A DNA stretch of 20,000 bases from an uncultured virus (IMG/VR IMGVR_UViG_3300008262_000099) (Duplodnaviria; Heunggongvirae; Uroviricota; Caudoviricetes). Under the pieces are notes generated by a model, which ran no database searches, was not told where the DNA came from, and worked only from the letters and a program-made list of their open reading frames with translations. Below are positions 15,424-20,000 of this stretch, one piece after another (the stretch's first letter is position 1; each line of letters begins with the position of its first letter). The stretch lies in the IMG/VR virus record IMGVR_UViG_3300008262_000099; one strand, 5' to 3'. Position numbers and translations under genes: made by a program.

Positions 15424-18270
15424 ATGGGTGCACTAGTATATCCTTCAACTTCTGGTCAAGGCGTAGGTGCGTTAACCTATAGCTTTGCTGCTGTTCCTGG
15501 AGCCGAATACAACACTACAGAGCTTAATGCTAGTAGTATTTATGAATTTCGTGCTCAAGAAGAGCGAATTACAGTTGCCATTTATGCGGTAGGAAACTTA
15601 ACTACTCCTATTGAAACAATTTCTCTTGTAAAAGGAAAAGCGTTTACACACAATGGAACTATTGCTCGTATCCGTATTCTAACTGCAACTTCTGGTGGAA
15701 ACACCGCAGGTACTGGTTCTACTCTTTTAATTATTAAGTACAGCTCATCTATTCCAGCCCGTACGGGATCTTCTATTGACGGTCTTGGCGAAGTATACGC
15801 ACATACCGAAAAGTCAACTGACTGGTTTGCTTACGAAGGTTATGGTATGAATACCTCCCGTAACCCAATGACAGCTCGTCTTGATGGAACTGCAAATACT
15901 GCTGCATGGGTGTGCTGGACATATGATTCTACAGGAACTGGTGTATATCGCTTCCGTAACACCCCATCTGCAGGTCAAGGTATTGGAACCTCTTCAACAA
16001 CCTTCTCAGGTATTGCTGGAAACTTCTTCTACAAGGCGCTTAATAACACAACTAATACTTGGACTCGTCTTGCAGATATTCCACTTCCCCCACAGTCTAC
16101 TGAAAATGCAACTACATTTGTTGAGCAACGTCTTCGTCGTGCAGTAATGTGGGACACAGGAGCAGATATTATTGTTTGGTTCCGATGCAACGACAACCGT
16201 ACACAGACAATCAACTCAGTTGTTTATACCTCTGTTGATACCTATCTTTACACATACACAAAAGCCACAGATACTTGGACTTTTATTGGCGCATGGAACC
16301 TAGGCGCTACAGGTTACAACTCATATGTTGATGGTCCACAGATGTCCTTTACTCACACCATTTCTGGTGTTCGTTATTGGTACAACTGGCAGCAGGAGCG
16401 TTCAGGTAACGGCTTTGTTAGGTATAACCTTTCCAACGGTGTACGAGACACAATCCAAACAGCTACCGATACTTGGCACGAAGGTTCTTATGTAAACAAT
16501 TACTTCCTTGCTAGCCCAACTCAGGGTATTGGTAACACTGATGGCGGTACAACTGACTATCAGATTTATGATCCAACTAACAACGTGTGGGCAAAAGTAA
16601 CGCCCCCATCTCGTACAAACGAGGCATCTACTTGGTTCCGTGGCGGTCAAATTTTCCGCTATAGCAACACAGCGTTTGGTGTTATTGGTCGTCGTACCTA
16701 TACAACTAACGCTACCGCCCCATCCAACACAGATCGTTATTGGGGTCGTCGTCTCTATATCTATGACACAGCTACTCAATCTCTTGATCGTTGGCTTGAT
16801 AAATCAGAAGATATGGGTGACTTCTACCCACTAGCAATGCGTCCAGGAAACGATACTTATGGCTCAACCTTTATTTGGCAGCCAGCGGACTCCTCTTGGA
16901 ATGGTCGTTTCTGGCGCTTCCGCAATAACTATGGTGGTTCTGCGTTAACTCGTTATAACCACGATTATGTTGATACTCAAAAGCCTAAAAAAGTTGAGTA
17001 CATTGGTAACTATCGTCCACGTGGCGAAATGGCTGTAGGTTTAAATACAGTTTTTGCTTTCGGCTATCACAGAAACCCATTTGCTGCTCCGGTAACTTAC
17101 GCAGGCTATAGCGACTGGAACGTCGATTCTGAAGTAATTGGTGGAAACAGCACGGGAGATACCGTAAGCACATCAACTCGTACAAGACATTCATTTGAGA
17201 CTTGGGGTGGTGAGATGATTACTACTGCTGGTGAAGTTTATCCAGTGTTCCAAGAAATCACCATTAATCAAGCTATTTATGACCCTCAGATGCGACGCTA
17301 CTACGTAACTGGTCTTATGCCATCTCGTCTTGGAGTTCTATGGAATGATGGTAACTATAACTTTGCTACCTACAACCGTAACCCATGGCGTGCAGTATCG
17401 GGAATTCTTGAAGAAGATACTGGAAGATTCTGGTACCAGGATCAAGGATTTACCGGTGATCAGGGCGGTGATTCACACGACCCAACTATGTGGGATCGTG
17501 CCGGACAAACTTCTGGTTTGCAGGATCCAGGTGAACTAGCTATTTATGCAGCTGGCAGAGCTTACAAACCAGGCGTACACTTCATGCGTCCATACGATGC
17601 TAACCAGTACGAGGTATATAACATCTGGAATCAGTTTAACCGTCAATACGGTCGTAACTATCGCTGGACAAACTATACTTGGTATAGTTCCTCATACCAA
17701 GGTGCTGGTCAAGTCCCACAAGGATATACGCTAGGGCATGATGCTATCGATAACCGTTATGTACAGGTAGTAAAGTTTGGATCTGGTCGCTTAAACGCCA
17801 TCAGTATTCCAGAAGGAACTATTTTCTGGGATGGACGTACTCTAGTTCAGTATAGCCGTGAACAAGGTGTTTCACCATTTACTGCTACTCAAACTGGATG
17901 GCGCCGTCTACACACGACGTCTAGCCCATACTGGACCGGTGACACCACCATGCTTCGTGCTCCTCACGTATGGTATGACGGTCGGTATGCAATCTGTGAA
18001 AAACCAGATGGAACGGGATATTACGTATTTGATATGGATAATCTTGCGTCAGAACCAAAAATTATCTCATCTCACATTCCTATGAACTCTCGTTCTACAC
18101 CCTCATATGTAGGAGCATCGTCTGGAACAATAGGAAACAACTGGTCTAACTTCTCCTACAACAAGGCTTGCCTTGGTGGAGTAGAAATTATTGCCGGTGG
18201 TTCTGAAGCAGATGGTGTACGTACTTGGAGAAATACCGCATACTTTTTAGTGAGAGCGAAGGAAGTGTAA
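15424..18270 (+). CDS. Large putative receptor-binding/tail protein with Kelch-like beta-propeller repeats
   Basis: 948 aa, rich in W/Y/T/G/N; blade-end motifs NNTTNTWTRLADIP, YTKATDTWT, YDPTNNVWAKV and YDTATQSLDRW. Confidence 0.65.
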   Translation: MGALVYPSTSGQGVGALTYSFAAVPGAEYNTTELNASSIYEFRAQEERITVAIYAVGNLTTPIETISLVKGKAFTHNGTIARIRILTATSGGNTAGTGSTLLIIKYSSSIPARTGSSIDGLGEVYAHTEKSTDWFAYEGYGMNTSRNPMTARLDGTANTAAWVCWTYDSTGTGVYRFRNTPSAGQGIGTSSTTFSGIAGNFFYKALNNTTNTWTRLADIPLPPQSTENATTFVEQRLRRAVMWDTGADIIVWFRCNDNRTQTINSVVYTSVDTYLYTYTKATDTWTFIGAWNLGATGYNSYVDGPQMSFTHTISGVRYWYNWQQERSGNGFVRYNLSNGVRDTIQTATDTWHEGSYVNNYFLASPTQGIGNTDGGTTDYQIYDPTNNVWAKVTPPSRTNEASTWFRGGQIFRYSNTAFGVIGRRTYTTNATAPSNTDRYWGRRLYIYDTATQSLDRWLDKSEDMGDFYPLAMRPGNDTYGSTFIWQPADSSWNGRFWRFRNNYGGSALTRYNHDYVDTQKPKKVEYIGNYRPRGEMAVGLNTVFAFGYHRNPFAAPVTYAGYSDWNVDSEVIGGNSTGDTVSTSTRTRHSFETWGGEMITTAGEVYPVFQEITINQAIYDPQMRRYYVTGLMPSRLGVLWNDGNYNFATYNRNPWRAVSGILEEDTGRFWYQDQGFTGDQGGDSHDPTMWDRAGQTSGLQDPGELAIYAAGRAYKPGVHFMRPYDANQYEVYNIWNQFNRQYGRNYRWTNYTWYSSSYQGAGQVPQGYTLGHDAIDNRYVQVVKFGSGRLNAISIPEGTIFWDGRTLVQYSREQGVSPFTATQTGWRRLHTTSSPYWTGDTTMLRAPHVWYDGRYAICEKPDGTGYYVFDMDNLASEPKIISSHIPMNSRSTPSYVGASSGTIGNNWSNFSYNKACLGGVEIIAGGSEADGVRTWRNTAYFLVRAKEV

Positions 18271-18273
18271 TAA

Positions 18274-18558
18274 ATGGCTAAAACTATTGACGTTACAAAT
18301 AAAGTTGTAACTATTAAAACAGAAGAAGGTGGAGTTTATTTAACTCAAACCTTTGATCCAAGAGAAGAAGGGTTCACACCCTTTGAATCTAACGCAGATG
18401 CTCAAGCCTGGGCAGAAGCTTGGGTAGCAGCTGATGAGGCCGAACTAGTAGCCCGCGCTGAAGAAGAGGCAGCTAAAAAAGCTGCTTTTGAAGCGGATCA
18501 GGCTAAGCTTCTTGAAGAAGCAACTGCAGAGGTGCCTTCAGATCAGCTGGAGTCTTAA
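18274..18558 (+). CDS. Small acidic protein, putative tail-fibre assembly chaperone
   Basis: Follows the large tail protein; QTFDP...PFESNADAQAWAEAW motif; A/E-rich tail. Confidence 0.6.
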   Translation: MAKTIDVTNKVVTIKTEEGGVYLTQTFDPREEGFTPFESNADAQAWAEAWVAADEAELVARAEEEAAKKAAFEADQAKLLEEATAEVPSDQLES

Positions 18559-18572
18559 AAAGTACTGATAGG

Positions 18573-18606
18573 ATAGGCGGGTCTATATGACCCGCCTATT
18601 TTATTT
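18573..18606 (+). terminator. Rho-independent terminator
   Basis: ATAGGCGGGTC-tatat-GACCCGCCTAT perfect 11-bp stem followed by TTTATTT. Confidence 0.85.
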
Positions 18607-18616
18607 GGAGCGCTAA

Positions 18617-19288
18617 ATGAAGAAAGTACTGATTGCTACAAGTTCTCCCACACCATTTTCCTCTATTTTTTATGCAAAAGCTTTAGCGGAAACTTATGCT
18701 AAGGGTATAGAAAACTCCATAGAGTTTGAATTTTTTTGGTCACCAAATGCCGAAGTGTATAGAAATGAAGCGGTAGAGTATCTATTTGAGAATAAATTTG
18801 ATACATTAGTTCTTATAGAGCCCCATATTCAATGGGTTGCGGATCATCTAATATCTATGATTAAAAATGACTCTCTTGTAGAAGCCGTACCTACTAAAAA
18901 TTTTTATTCGCCAAACGATGAATATAACGTAGTTTTAAACCCAATTAATGTAGATTCAGAAATAACCGCTAAGTTTATAGATTTTGATTTTGCTAAAATT
19001 GAAAAAGAAGTATTTACTCGTATAAAAGACTTTGTATTGACCGTTAATTTTCAAGATAATGATAAAACTTTAAATCAAACCACCATGTATTGGTATGCAA
19101 CTTCTGGTGAATATGGTCCAAAATCACAAGATATAAACTTTTGTGAGGCTCTTGATAAAGCAGAGATACCTATAGTGGTACCAGTAGACCCATCTATTTG
19201 GGAACATATGTGGTCTCCGTATAAAACGCATTTAGGCAAACAATTAGTTCGTAATTTTGTAGAAAAAGGGTTTCAAGAAGTTGAGTAG
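18617..19288 (+). CDS. GT-A fold glycosyltransferase-like protein with degenerate catalytic motifs
   Basis: KVLIATS, RNEAVEYL, DTLVLIEPHIQW (DxD position reads EPH), FAKIEKEVF, SQDINFC (normally S/GED.xFC). Confidence 0.65.
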   Translation: MKKVLIATSSPTPFSSIFYAKALAETYAKGIENSIEFEFFWSPNAEVYRNEAVEYLFENKFDTLVLIEPHIQWVADHLISMIKNDSLVEAVPTKNFYSPNDEYNVVLNPINVDSEITAKFIDFDFAKIEKEVFTRIKDFVLTVNFQDNDKTLNQTTMYWYATSGEYGPKSQDINFCEALDKAEIPIVVPVDPSIWEHMWSPYKTHLGKQLVRNFVEKGFQEVE

Positions 19289-19814
19289 ATTTTATAGTGA
19301 GGCAGGACAAGACCTATTTGCCTTAACCATTTCTGACTTTAAAGAAAACGGTACCTATTTAGAGGTGGGTGCTGGACATTCTAGGACTATGTCTAATACG
19401 TTTCTTTTAGAAAAAGATTACGGCTGGAAAGGCCTATCCATAGAGAAGTATGAAAAACGAGTGTATGAATTTAACTCTAATCGATCTAATGAGTGCATAA
19501 AGGCGGACGCCCTTACGCTTAACTATCAAGAGTTATTAGATAGTAAAGGGTTTCCTAAGGAAATAGATTACCTATCTTTGGATATAGAGCCGGCTCCTCA
19601 AACCTTACAGGCCTTAAAAATGCTGTTAGCTACCGACTACATATTTAAGGCAGTTACTTTTGAGCACGATCTATACGTTATGAAAGCAAATGATGCGGTT
19701 AAAAAAGAGTCTCACGCATTATTTTTAAGTGCTGGATACTCTCTCTATAAAGAGAACGTGTGTATAAATAACAACCCAAAAAGAGTCTTTGAGGACTGGT
19801 GGGTTTACATTTAG
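19281..19814 (+). CDS. FkbM-like (Methyltransf_21) SAM-dependent methyltransferase
   Basis: YSEAGQD, GTYLEVGAG, SNTFLLE..GWKGLSIE, IDYLSLDIE, TFEHD and FEDWWV motifs. Confidence 0.85.
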   Translation: MSRFYSEAGQDLFALTISDFKENGTYLEVGAGHSRTMSNTFLLEKDYGWKGLSIEKYEKRVYEFNSNRSNECIKADALTLNYQELLDSKGFPKEIDYLSLDIEPAPQTLQALKMLLATDYIFKAVTFEHDLYVMKANDAVKKESHALFLSAGYSLYKENVCINNNPKRVFEDWWVYI

Positions 19815-19828
19815 GCTAAAAAAACTGT

Positions 19829-19853
19829 CTAAATAACCCTATACTGTCTTACT
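19829..19853 (+). promoter_or_regulatory. Putative promoter for a leaderless transcript
   Basis: TATACT at 19840-19845 lies 8 nt upstream of ATG 19854; there is no SD. Confidence 0.55.
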
Positions 19854-20000
19854 ATGGCCATAGATTTTCCAGACTCCCCCGTTCTTGATCAACAGTTCAC
19901 TGTTGGTGAGACGACCTGGTATTGGAACGGCTCTGTTTGGCGCCTTCTTATTTCAGAAGGTGTTCAAGGAGATTTAGGACCTACAGGACCAGTCGGGCCG
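19854..20000 (+). CDS. Second collagen-like fibre protein, 3'-truncated ([49 protein letters not shown]...)
   Basis: Absent from the ORF track; open to the window end; FP.SP...W.W.G..W N-terminal motif followed by Gly-X-Y. Confidence 0.85.
   Translation, partial: MAIDFPDSPVLDQQFTVGETTWYWNGSVWRLLISEGVQGDLGPTGPVGP

Noticed and set aside
226..18085. Antisense and alternate-frame ORFs in the track (e.g. 226-531, 2098-2352, 3293-3589, 7486-7707, 11000-11402, 14567-14911, 16402-16779)
   Set aside because: They are shadows of well-supported genes, arising from codon bias or repeats, and lack RBSs or protein motifs.
15424..18270. Possible DGR target gene
   Set aside because: No template/variable repeat pair or reverse transcriptase is visible in the window.

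Overview
This window is part of a tailed dsDNA phage (Caudoviricetes) genome. An actinobacterial host is inferred from TANNNT-type promoters, apparently leaderless starts and the SLT gene. From left to right it holds: (1) a translationally coupled run of small, mostly basic or Cys/His-containing ORFs ending in an HNH-like gene; (2) the only credible minus-strand gene, a secreted lysozyme-like lytic transglycosylase with its own promoter and a ~137-nt, densely structured 5' leader; (3) a packaging/head module with terminase large subunit, portal, scaffold, N4-gp56-like major capsid protein and a neck/adaptor-like protein; (4) a fibre/appendage module with a collagen-like protein carrying repeated globular knobs, two proteins with paralogous N-termini (one split by a +1 frame break), a small adaptor, a 948-aa propeller-like protein and a chaperone-like protein; (5) a degenerate GT-A glycosyltransferase plus FkbM-like methyltransferase, followed by the start of a second collagen-like gene. 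The best candidates for something new are the riboswitch-like leader on the transglycosylase, a paired RBS motif / 3'-hairpin anti-SD arrangement on two genes, the frame break at 14500, and a possible fibre-glycosylation module. All family calls come from motif recognition by eye; no searches were run.
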